Assembly (NCBI RefSeq): GCF_963921235.1
Contig: NC_086097.1
Location: 67,086,001 to 67,150,000 of the forward strand
Length of the DNA: 64,000 bases
Source: Mobula hypostoma
Lineage: Eukaryota
Direction: 5' to 3'
The notes below the pieces were generated by a model. The model did no database searches. It was not told where the DNA came from and was given only the letters and a program-made list of their open reading frames with translations. Of this stretch, positions 50,642-61,454 are shown one piece after another. The translations under genes were made by a program, and so were the position numbers. The stretch's first letter is position 1. Each line of letters opens with the position of its first letter.

Positions 50642-52357
50642 TTAGCTGAAGTTAGAGAAGTCGATGTTCATGCCATCAGGTTGGAGGCTACCCAGACGGA
50701 ATATAAGGTGTTGTTCCTCCAACCTGAGTGTGGCTTCATCTTTACAGTAGAGGAGGCCGTGGATAGACATGTCAGAATGGGAATGGGATGTGGAATTAAA
50801 ATGTGTGGCCACTGGGAGATCCTGCTTTCTCTGGCGGACAGAGCATAGATGTTCAGCAAAGCGGTCTCCCAGTCTGCGTCGGGTCTCGCCAATATATAAA
50901 AGGCCACATCGGGAGCACCGGACGCAGTATATCACCCCAGTCAACTCACAGGTGAAGTGTTGCCTCACCTGGAAGGACTGTTTGGGGCCCTGAATGGTGG
51001 TAAGGGAGGAAGTGTAAGGGCATGTGTAGCACTTGTTCTGCTTACACAGGTAAGTGCCAGGAGGGAGATCAGTGGGGAGGGATGGGGGGGACGAATGGAC
51101 AAGGGAGTTGCGTAGGGAGCGATCCCTGCGGAATGCAGGGGGGGGGGAGGGAAAGATGTGCTTAGTGGTGGGATCCCGTTGGAGGTGGCGGAAGTTACGG
51201 AGAATAATATGTTGGACCCGGAGGCTGGTGGGGTGGTAGGTGAGGACCGGGGAACCCTATTCCTAGTGGGGTGGCGGGAGGATGGAGTGAGAGCAGATGT
51301 ACGTGAAATGGGGGAGATGCGTTTAAGAGCAGAGTTGATAGTGGAGGAAGGGAAGCCCCTTTCTTTAAAAAAGGAAGACATCTCCCTCGTCCTAGAATGA
51401 AAAGCCTCATCCTGAGAGCAGATGCGGCGGAGATGGAGGAATTGCAAGAAGGGGATGGCGTTTTTGCAAGAGACAGGGTGAGAAGAGGAATAGTCCAGAT
51501 AGCTGTGAGAGTCAGTAGGCTTATAGTAGACATCAGTGGATAAGCTGTCTCCAGAGACAGAGACAGAAAGATCTAGAAAGGGGAGGGAGGTGTCGGAAAT
51601 GGACCAGGTAAACTTGAGGGCAGGGTGAAAGTTGGAGGCAAAGTTAATAAAGTCAACGAGTTCTGCATGCATGCAGGAAGCAACGCCAATGCAGTCGTCG
51701 ATGTAGCGAAGGAAAAGTGGGGGACAGATACCAGAATAGGTACGGAACATAGATTGTTCCACAAACCCAACAAAAAGGCAGGCATAGCTAGGACCCATAC
51801 AGGTGCCCATAGCTACACCTTTAGTTTGGAGGAAGTGGGAGGAGCCAAAGGAGAAATTATTAAGAGTAAGGACTAATTCCGCTAGACGGAGCGGAGTGGT
51901 GGTAGAGGGGAACTGATTAGGTCTGGAATTCAAAAAGAAACGTAGAGCTTTGAGACCTTCCTGATGGGGGATGGAAGTATATAAGGACTGGACATCCATG
52001 GTGAAAATAAAGCGGTGGGGGCCAGGGAACTTAAAGTCATCGAAAAGTTTAAGAGTGTGAGAAGTGTCATGAACATAGGTAGGAAGGGATTGAACAAGGG
52101 GGGATAAAACCATGTCGAGGTATGCAGAAATGAGTTCGGTGGGGCAGGAGCAAGCTGAGACAATAGGTCGGCCAGGACAGGCAGGTTTGTGGATCTTGGG
52201 TAGGAGGTAGAAACGGGAAGTGCGGGGTGTGGGAGCTATAAGGTTGGTAGCAGTGGATGGGAGATCCCCTGAGCGGTGATGGTGTGGGAGACAATGGCCT
52301 GGTGCTCCTTAGTGGGGTCATGATCGAGGGGTAAATAAGAGGAGGTATCTGCGAGAG
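50642..52357 (-). pseudogene. Penelope-like RT/GIY-YIG ORF, lightly disrupted
   Basis: ORFs 50965-52113 (RT) and 50642-50968 (GIY-YIG). A 1-nt deletion near 51250 relative to the copy at ~57630 (RVPLVLTYH) shifts the frame; the N-terminus is broken or truncated. Confidence 0.85.
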
Positions 52358-52518
52358 TTCTTCCCGGACCTCCTGTCCCATGATCCTCTCGTATCCCCTT
52401 TTGTCTATCACCTGTCCAGCTCTTGGCTCTATCCCTCCCCCTCCTGTCTTCTCCTATCATTTTGGATCTCCCCTTCCCCCTCCAACTTTCAAATCCCTTA
52501 CTCACTCTTCCTTCAGTT

Positions 52519-52554
52519 AGTCCTGACGAAGGGTCTCGGCCTGAAACGTCGACT
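52519..52554 (+). ncRNA. Minimal type I hammerhead ribozyme motif (intact core, sense to SNX6)
   Basis: AGTC CTGACGA AGGGTCTCGGCCT GAAAC GTC^GACT; predicted cleavage at 52550/52551. Confidence 0.78.
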
Positions 52555-52729
52555 GCACCTCTTCCTACAGATGCTACCTGGCCTGCTGCGTTCACCAGCA
52601 ACTTTGATGTGTGTTACTTGAATTTCCAGCATCTGCAGAATTCCTGTTGTTTGCGTTTTTTAAAAAAAAGGTTGTGTAGTTTTTTTTTCTACTTGAAAAA
52701 TGAAACACCTGTAAGACGGTGCTGTCTTT

Positions 52730-53346
52730 ATCCTTTATACTTTATTGTGGCCAAACAATTGGTACTAGAACGTACAATCATCACAGTGGTATTTGATTCT
52801 GCACTTCACACTCCCTGGATTACAAATATTAAATATTAAAAATAGTTAAATTTAGTAAATGTTAAAAATTTAAATTATAAATCATAAATAGAAAATAGAA
52901 AAATGGGAAGTAAGGTAGTGCAAAAAAACCGAGAGGTAGGTCCGGATATTTGGAGGGTATGGCCCAGATCTGGGTCAGGATCCATTCAGCAGTCTTATCA
53001 CAGTTGGAAAGAAGCTGTTCCCAAATCTGGCCATACAAATCTTCAAACTCCTGACCCTTCTCCCGGAGGGAAGAGGGACAAAAAGTGGGTTGGCTGGGTG
53101 GGTCGTGTCCATGATTATTCTGGCAGCGCTGCTCCGAAAGCATGCGGTGCAAAGTGAGTCCAAGGACGGAAGATTGGTTTGTGTCATGTGCTGCGCCGTG
53201 TTCACGATCTTCTGTAGCTTCTTTTGGTCTTGGACAGGATAACTTCCATACCAGGTTGTGATGCACCCTAGAAGAATGCTTTCTACGGTGCATCTTTAAA
53301 AATTAGTGAGGGTTTTAGGGGACAGCCAAGTTTCTTTAGTTTTCTC
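52730..53346 (-). mobile_element. Rex1/Babar LINE 3' fragment
   Basis: TAQHMTQTNLPSLDSL...DTTHPANPLFVPLPSGRR...NSFFPTVIRLLN; AATAAAGTATAAAG tail; TSD GTCTTT at 52724-52729 / 53347-53352. Confidence 0.85.
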
Positions 53347-53635
53347 GTCTTTTAGATGAGTTGTTAAGCTGAGGTCCTTTATTGTCCTCTCAAGTAAAAG
53401 ATCTCGTGCATTATTTCAAATCTGAGCAGAGTGGCTTATTCCTGGTGCTGTGGCTACTCTTTATACTTCAATTAGCAATGCCAAGGACATCTTGTAGTTA
53501 TATTCTTATGGAATTTTACAGTGTGTAAATTGACTGTTTTTCAGTTAATTCAAAAACATTTTATCAGCTGCAAAATATATTGGGATAATCTGGTTTGGCA
53601 CTTTTAAAAATCTGAATAAAAAGTAAACAACATAT

Positions 53636-54590
53636 TAAGGTTCAAAGTAAATTTGTTCTCAAAGTACATGTACGTTACCTTATGTTAGTCCTGACGAAGG
53701 GTCTCGGCCTGAAACGTCAACTGTACCTCTCCCTAGAGATGCTGCCTGGCCTGCTGCGTTCACCAACAACTTTTATGTGTGTTGCCTGTATGTTACCTTA
53801 TGCTACCTTGAGTTTAATTTTTGGCAGGTGTTTATAAGAAGAATAGAAATGCAATAGAATCCATGAAAAAAAACATACATAAGCAAAGACTGACAACCAA
53901 TTTGCAAAAGGAAACAAAATGAGCAAAAAAAAAGTCAAGAACATGAGTTGTAAAGAGTCCTTAAGTGAGTCTGTAGTTTGTAGAATCAGTTCAGAGTTGT
54001 GGTGAGTGACATTATCCACTCTAATTAAGGAACCTGATGATTGTAGGTTAATAATTGTGCGAAACTGGTGGTGTGGGACTACTGACTTCTGTACTTCCTG
54101 CCCAATCGTAACATTGAGAAGGGAGTATGGCCTGAATGGTGGGGATCTATGCTATGCAAATCTATGCAAACTTCTGAGGAAGTAGATGGTGCTGTCATGC
54201 CACCTTTGTGATGGTACTTGCGTGCTGGTCCCAGGATAGGTAATCTGATAATACTAGTTGCAAGGAGTTTAAAGCTTCTGCCCTTCTCCACCCCCAATCC
54301 CTTAATGAGGAAGGACCTCCAGCTTCTTCCTCTTGTAATCGATCTTTGATTTTGACATTGAGGGAGAGGTTGTAATTGTGGCACTATTCAAACAGATTTT
54401 CAGTCTCCCTCCTATATGCTGATTCATCAGCATCTTTGATTTCGTTAACAACTTTGGTGTCTTAGCTACATGATCATAGGTATAAAGTGAGTAGAGCAGG
54501 GGCTAAACACACAGTTGTGTAGTGCACTTATACTGATGGTGAGTGTGGAGGAGATTTTGCTAATCCAAACTAACCAGGGTCTGCCAGTTG
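53636..54590 (-). mobile_element. Old Rex1/Babar-type LINE fragment
   Basis: GVEKGRSFKLL...IDPHHSGHTPFSMLRLGRKYRS; AAATTTACTTTGAACCTT tail on minus. Confidence 0.65.
53685..53786 (+). mobile_element. 102-bp Penelope pLTR mini-insertion: hammerhead motif (53687-53722) plus downstream pLTR
   Basis: 16-bp TSD TGTACGTTACCTTATG / TGTATGTTACCTTATG at 53669-53684 / 53787-53802. The core CTGACGA...GAAACGTC is intact; one stem I mismatch. Confidence 0.85.
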
Positions 54591-54619
54591 GTGGAATGGA
54601 GTTGAATGGCATTTAAAAG

Positions 54620-54880
54620 GCACTAAGGTAGCGTAGCAGTTGGTGTGATGTTATTACAGCATCTTTTGTAAGTAAGTTTGTACATTCTTCTTGTGAGTCT
54701 ATGGGTTTTCTCTGGGTGCTCCAGTTTCCTCCCACAGTACAAAAGACCTAACCAGTCAGTAGGTTAATTGGTGATTGTAAATTGTCCTGTAATTAGACTA
54801 GGGTTAAATAGATGGTTTGCTGGACAGTGCAGCTCATTAAACCGGAACGGCCTGTTTCGTGCTATCCCTAAATAAATAAA
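54620..54880 (+). mobile_element. tRNA-derived V-SINE
   Basis: Head GGTAGCGTAGCAGTTGGTGTG; V-core GGGTTTTCTCTGGGTGCTCCAGTTTCCTCCCACA; TAGGTTAATTGG; CR1-like GGCCTGTTTCGTGCT tail. Confidence 0.75.
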
Positions 54881-55158
54881 ATTTGCCCTTCATGGCTAGA
54901 TGTGCAAGTTTACGAAAACAGTCATAGTTTAGAAAACAAAGTTGAATTGGCTATTTGGTTTTGTTGAAGAGTTTGTTACTAAAATCAGCACAATATTAGT
55001 GTTAGTCTTTGGTTTGTCCTGTTTTCTGTGATACCACTCCGGAGAAATATTGTATCATTTCTTAATGCATGTATGCATTTCTAAATGACAATAAAAAGAG
55101 GACTGAGTGTTCTCATAATCTAATCTAATATTATAAACATATGTTAGTTTTCCTAAGT

Positions 55159-55238
55159 CAGAAGTTCACAACCTGGGGTCTACAGGTCCGTCAGTTAATG
55201 GTAGGGGTCTGTGGCATAAAAAAGCTTGGGAACCCCTG
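55159..55238. mobile_element. 80-bp hAT-type MITE
   Basis: Imperfect TIRs CAGAAGTTCACAACCT / AGCTTGGGAACCCCTG; 8-bp TSD TCCTAAGT / CCCTAAGT at 55151-55158 / 55239-55246. Confidence 0.75.
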
Positions 55239-55774
55239 CCCTAAGTGGTCAAAGTGCACATTCCGGAGTATATTGATACAAATGCTTGAAGTGAGAGTTG
55301 GGTTTGTAAAACCTGATTCATTGTTTGTGGTTTTTTTTTGAATGATTATCTCCTGCTATAGCTGTAGGTTAAGAAACTTCCTCAGTATTTTATTAGCTTA
55401 AAGATTGCTGATGTCAAAGTGAGAAGCCAAGATTTGTAACAGGCATGTTTTCAAAAAAAGCACAACGTTAACACACAGAATCCATTGTTCAGCAGTCAAA
55501 CTTAATGTTTCAGCATAAACTTAATGTTTGGTTATATTACCAAATTAGTATTGAACTTGAGTCTGAGGGAAGTCATGTTTAGTGCTTTGATTAAGCTCTA
55601 ACTTTGATTTCAGACCATTAAGCTTTAAGGAACTGTCAAGCCTTGATGGTGGTTGAAAGAAGAGATGGAAGTGTGATTTCTTATGGTGATTGAATTGAAG
55701 GTTATAAAAGTATGGCTTATTTAATTCTTTTCAAGGCTGAATGAGTCTGGATCTTATAGAATGAAATAAATTGT

Positions 55775-56500
55775 GCTGTAAGATGGCATTGCATTCAATC
55801 ACAACAGCTTCTGTGGGTCAACCAGAGGTGGTGTTGTCCTTTTTAAATGTATTGTTTACAATTACAACGTACTGCAGGACATTAAGAACTGGAAGTACTG
55901 CAGGTGTACCCCATTAGCAGGTTGGTCACTGGCAGAGGAACTGGAAGAGCTGGACTTGGTGCCGTTCGTGCAGTTGCCTGCATCAGAGAGGCAGCTGAGG
56001 AGTCAGGATACAAAGGCAGTGTGCAGTCTAACAGTGAGTGATCGTCTCGGTCGCCTTTCTTGTTATTGTCAGACCCTTTAGGACATTGTTAATGTGGAAT
56101 GCTGCAAGTTCAATTCATTGATTTTTATCAGTGGACTGCGTGGGAGCTGCATGGCCTCGATTGTAGCAAGGACTAGTCCTCCAGCTGCGGTGTCACCAGT
56201 TTACAGCCGCCCAGGAGAGAGGCGTCAGAGTTGGCGCGCTCCAGTGGAGGCGGTATGGCACGCATTCAAGCTGGAGTTGGTGCTACGTTCACTCGACAGA
56301 AGGCAATCTGTTTTGTGTTCAACTGCAGATTTCTGCAACATTCATGGACTTTTTGTTTTGTTACTGTATTTTCCTGATATCTTGTATGTGGTTTGTGCTG
56401 TGTGTGACTGTTGGTACTATGTTTTGCACCTTGGCCATGGAGGAATGTTGTTTTGTTTGGCTGTATTCATGTATGGTTGAATGACAATTAAACTTGGACT
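55775..56500 (+). mobile_element. Non-coding non-autonomous retroposon (AAGATGGC head, LINE-like tail)
   Basis: AAGATGGCA at 55780, CpG-retaining middle, TG-rich 3' part ending GAATGACAATTAAACTTGGACTT; same architecture as 45536-46328. Confidence 0.45.
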
Positions 56501-57578
56501 TAAAATAGCATTTTTGTCATACAGATATGTTTTTAAAGTACACCTTCAATTATAAGGAAACAGATCAACTAATTTATAGAAAACATAGTTGCAAAAGTAA
56601 ACAGAAAATGTTTGTGCTATTTGTCAAGACTGTTGAATAGGCTACTTTATTTGTGTATTCAGCATAACTATTTATTATTATTGGCATTGTTTAATTAATC
56701 CCAAAGAGTCAAAGAATGCAAGTATAAACTTGTTGAGGTTTTGGAGGCATTCTTGTATGGAAAGTTTCATAGAGTAGTTATGCCAGAAGTGTAAATAATT
56801 CAGATGATTTAATGGTGGAGTAGAAGTTTTCTGTAGGATAATAATCAGGATTTGGATTATCCTGTTGATCTGTAGAGTTACGATTTTGTTACTTTCTCAT
56901 ACTTTCTGCAGAAAGTGGATTGTTCCTTTGTAACAATTTTTGTGATAACTTTTGTATTTGTGAATGATGGGATACTTTCTCAATGCAATGAAGCTGATAG
57001 TTAATGTGGGTTTTCAGTAGATGCTCTTCTCCTTGTGTGTGAATAATATGTTCAATAAAAAAGGTAATTAACACAGAAGTAATCATCAAAAACTTTTTCA
57101 CTCGCTGCATAGAGTAAGAGGAGTTGTGAACCTTCCAGGAAAAACACGACTCCTTTTGAATTTGGTTATTAGGTTGTTAATAAAGTTCCTCCCCTTATGA
57201 ATGCCAGACTTGTGTATAGTCTGTACATATGAATCAGTGCGTGGGAACTATTCGGTCTGGATTTGCCAGCTGCTGTGCTGCTGCAGGCATCTGCCATGTA
57301 AGAACTCAGTTCGTGGTTGCATTTCCAACATGCAAACTATTCAACCTTGCCATATCCTTGGAAGACCTGTACTACTGGTTTTGTGTTGTTGAATTAAGAT
57401 GGGATGGATATAGTGATTGCTATTTGTGAAAGAACATTTTACCATGCAACATAGTTTGCTTTATGTGACTTTTTTTTTTGCAATGGTGAAATTCATGTTT
57501 TCCCATTCCTTCCAGCAGTTTTATTTTGCCGTGCCATCCAAATACTTGTCTTTGGTATAAAATTAGAATGCATAATTT

Positions 57579-58671
57579 CACGCACATCTGCTCTCACTCC
57601 ATTGTCCCGCCACCCCACTAGGAATAGGGTTCCCCTTGTCCTCACCTACCACCACACCAGCCTCTGGGCCCAACATATTATTCTCTGTAACTTCTGCCAC
57701 CTCCAACAGGATCCCACCACTAAACACATCTTTCCCTCCTCCCCCCCCCCCGCTTTCCGCAGGGATTGCTCCCTACGCGACTCCCTTGTCCATTCGTCCC
57801 CCCCATTCCTCCCCACCGATCTCCCTCTTGGCACTTAACCTTGCAAGTGGAACAAGTGCTACACATGCCCTTACACTTCCTCCCTTACCACCATTCAGGG
57901 CCCCAGACAGTCCTTCCAGGTGAGGCGACACTTCACCTGTGAGTTGGCTGGGGTGATATACTGCGTCCGGTGCTCCCGATGTGGCCTATTTATTGGCCAG
58001 ATCCAGCAGACTGGGAGATCATTTCGCTGAGCACCTACGCTCTGTCTGCCAGAGAAAGCAGGATCTCCCAGTGGCCACACATTTTAATTCCACGTCCCAT
58101 TCCCATTCTGATATGTCTATCCATGGCCTCCTCTACTGTAAAGTTGAAGCCACACTCGGGTTAGAGGAACAACACCTTGTATTCTGTCTGGGTAGCCTCC
58201 AACCTGATGGCATGAACATTGACTTCTCAAACTTCCACTAATGCCCCGCCTCCCCCTCGTACCCCATCCGTTATTTATTTATTTATATACACACATTCTT
58301 TTTCTCTCTCTTGTTTTTCTCCCTCTGTCCCTCTCACTATACCCCTTGCCTATCCTCTGGGTTTTCCCCCCTCCCCCTTTTTCTTTCTCCCTAGGCCTCC
58401 TGTCCCATGATCCTCTCATATCCCTTTTTGCCAATCACCTGTCCAGCTCTTGGCTCTATCCCTCCCCCTCCTGTCTTCTCCTATCATTTTGGATCTCCCT
58501 CTCCCCCTCCAACTTTCAAATCTCTTACTAGCTCTTCCTTCAATTCGTCCTGACGAAGGGTCTCGGCCCGAATCGTTGACTGTACCTCTTCCTAGAGATG
58601 CTGCCTGGCCTGCTGCATTCACCAGCAACTTTTTGTGTTGCTTGAATTTCCAGCATCTGCAGATTTCCTCG
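57579..58671 (+). mobile_element. 5'-truncated Penelope-like element (GIY-YIG + pLTR; hammerhead mutated at 58546-58581)
   Basis: Close reverse complement of 50255-51310; 14-bp TSD AGAATGCATAATTT at 57565-57578 / 58672-58685. Confidence 0.92.
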
Positions 58672-59656
58672 AGAATGCATAATTTATTGTTTCTCCAAGT
58701 TCACGGATAAAGCAGGGAAATAAATACACTGAGTTAGCTTTGTGCATTTCTTTGCCTTTAGTTTCTAAAGATGGATCTACGTCAAGTGTGGCACTTGAGT
58801 TGACAGTGCATTTTAATTATCATAGCTGGTGCGTATGTTTAATAAATTTTAAGTAAAATATTCTTGTTTGAACACATTTATTAGTCCTCAGTTAGAGCCG
58901 AAGTTTGCTGACAAATAGTGGCATCCCTGGACTTGATTTAAAATGTTCTATCCATGTATTTGAAGTTCCCTTCTATCTTTGTTAATACAACTCCTCACAG
59001 ACCTCTTGCACAATTCTGACTACTTATGCACCCCATTTCTCTTTGGTTCAGCTTTGAACTTCCCACTTCTGATATCTCCTTTTTGCAGTGCTCCTTAAGT
59101 TAATTTTCACCTCTTGATAAACATTTTAGAGAAGCATAATCTCAGCTGTATTCAACAGGAAGTGGATTGCAGTTTAATTTAAAATCAAGACAAGAATCCT
59201 TAGCATTGGTGGAAAGGATTGTCTGTTGCAAGGAAATTGTCTTAAATCAAATCTGTAATAATTATTAGTTTGAAAATCTGAATTTTAGTGGTTTTATTGC
59301 TAACTGGAAAACATCTGAGTTTTTTTTAAAGGTACTGATTTTATATATTTTTTGGTTTTCTCTTCATTTAATACAGCTATTGGAAGATTTTGTACTTTAC
59401 AAAATCTTGAACATTTTCCTTTTGCTGGGCTACTGCTGAGATTAGCCTTGGTGTAAAAGGTAATGCCATGTTCTGCTGAAGGATAACATTTTGTCACAAA
59501 AATGTTGACTTACTGTGGCAGTCCCATTGTGTGGAAATTGTAATTAATTCTTTTTATAAAAGTCTCGAATATTAGTTTGAGTTTTGCAGAAGGAAAATGG
59601 TATTTTGGTGCACACACTAGCTATTGTTTGTAGATTTTTCAAAGCAATAAAACATT

Positions 59657-60261
59657 TTTTCTTTTTTCTTTTTATTTATAACAAACAAAAAAACACAAAA
59701 AATAGAACATCTACAAAAACCACAACCATAACAAAATCAAATTAAATATTGTGCAACAAAAGGGAGAAAAATATAAAGTATAAGTAAACATACACAGCAG
59801 AGGTGCACCACACCAAAAAACCTCAGTCCTCACCCTGTAAGAAAGTCCAATACAGGGCCCCATAATCCTTTCAAAGATGTCCCCTCTGTCCTCATTACAT
59901 AGTCTCAGTCTCTCCAAATGTAAAGTATTTGCCAGTTTGTAATAGATGTAAATCTGTGAACAGTAATTTGTCACATTCATTCTGGTCATGTTGTAAGCTT
60001 TATGCATACTGGAAAAGTATTTTTCACTTTTACTCTGAGGCTTTTGGGAAGTGGTGGGAACCAGACCCGCTCATAGCCATCCTTGGAGCAACAATCTCCC
60101 TGTCTTCAGCCAATACGTATGAAAAAATGGCTGTATTATTTGGAATGGTGATTGCTAAGACGTTAATCCTGCAAATGTGGAAAATGGAACCTGTGCCTTC
60201 GTACGATATGTGGCTGAGAGAACTGGCAAATAGTTTACGTTTGGAGAGACTGAGACTATGT
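59657..60261 (-). mobile_element. L1-clade LINE 3' end with 5' inversion
   Basis: A-rich tail on minus at ~59655-59675. The ORF2 end is on minus (59711-59937) and the CCHC region CNRCKSVNSNLSHSFWSC is on plus (59929-60264); TSD AATAAAACATT at 59646-59656 / 60262-60272. Confidence 0.85.
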
Positions 60262-61349
60262 AATAAAACATTATATTAATTTTTATGTTTGCAGTTAGAT
60301 TTTTGAGGTTATCTTAATATAAATACTCACTGCACATAAGTGTAAAATCAGACATTCAATTCTTAGTGCTGTATCACACATGGGACACAGTCTGATTCTG
60401 CACTTCTCATTAATTGCTTTTATTCTTCACCATTCTTCATTGTATGTCATTCTTGTTCCAGCAGCCAGTTAATTTTCCTTATGGATCCTGTTTCAGTAGG
60501 AGTTTGAAGAAGGGAATTCCATATTCGATCTGCCATCCATGCAAATGTTACTGAAATGAATCCTTTTTGTGATTACTAATATTTGTATTGGTTTATTATT
60601 GTTGCCAGTAAATGGAAAAGGTTCCACCACTGGTGATTATCTTTCTATTATTTTGAAGATCTTTATTAGTTACTCATCAATAATAAATGTAAACAAGACT
60701 GACTAGAAATAATCAGCAGATCAGACACCACCAACTGTGGGTCAACATTTTTATTTTGATCTTTATAATAAGAACGTTCTGGTTAAAGATTGTCGAGCTG
60801 AAACATTTTTTTTCCTGTTCTCAAAAGACACTGCCTGATCTGCTGAGCATTTGCTGCATTTTCTGTTTTTAGTATTTCTGAATTGAAGTGTCTATAGCTT
60901 TTTGCTTTTCAAACCCCCTATCTCAACTCATGACAAAATACTAACTTTGGGTAATATAAGAGTTATACAATGTTAGATAGACACCCAGTGAATATATTTT
61001 CAGCATTTTTCATCCTTTTGTGTTTTTAATTTTGTAATGGATGAATCCGTAACTATAGAGGCTATTGCTAAATAATTGAAGTTCAAGTTGCATGTAGATG
61101 GCTTTTAAATGCCCATTTGTCTCTACATTATAATTCTCCTGCCAGCTTTGGTGACCTGCTTATCTCCTAGCAAACTCCTTGTGCTTCTTTATGATATTTG
61201 AAACCTTACCATTTAAGATTTGAGTTTTCTCCGATTCTGGCTCAACATATATTAATTCACGTTTTCTATATTTTATTTTTAAATGAAATAATATTGTCTT
61301 TCTTTGAATATTTTTGAAACTTAGTTTTAAACTATTTTTGCCATTTCAG

Positions 61350-61454
61350 TCTAGACCAGTCAATGTGGATCTCCAAACAGATGGCACTCTTCAGGTTGAC
61401 ATTTCTGATGCACTTAGTGAAAGAGATAAAGTTAAATTCACAGTTCACACAAAG
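61350..61454 (+). CDS. SNX6: Sorting nexin-6 coding exon 3
   Basis: TTTCAG|TCT acceptor and AAG|GTAAAG donor; 105 nt; [35 protein letters not shown] (start of PX domain). Confidence 0.96.

Larger units (their letters stand above)
50255..52664 (-). mobile_element. Penelope-like retroelement (RT + GIY-YIG), 5'-truncated, with inverted pseudo-LTRs
   Basis: RT FTMDVQSLYTSIPH...GVAMGT...FLRYIDD; GIY-YIG GVIYCVRCSRCGLLYIGETRRRLGDRFAEH...HF..H...GMN. Inverted arms 50255-~50505 / 52358-~52655; 14-bp TSD AAAAAGGTTGTGTA at 50241-50254 / 52665-52678. Confidence 0.95.
50205..53600 (+). mobile_element. Ancient Deu-SINE (SacSINE1/AmnSINE-like) split into three pieces (50205-50254, 52679-52729, 53353-53600)
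   Basis: Head CTCACCTCTGAGTAAAAAGGTTGTG, then GGTGCTGTCTTT|TAGATGAGTTGTTAAGCTGAGGTCC...AAAAGATCTCGTGCATTATTTC...GAGCAGAG. This follows the recalled Deu-domain consensus once the two insertions are removed. Confidence 0.6.

Noticed and set aside
52236..52839. Recurring ORFs MLVNAAG... / MALSLPLLSS... found in several places
   Set aside because: Incidental translations of the non-coding Penelope pLTR on both strands; they recur only because the repeat does.
56880..57450. Possible hidden exon or conserved element in SNX6 intron 2
   Set aside because: Looks non-repetitive, but no convincing splice-site pair or motif; exons 2 and 3 already join in frame.
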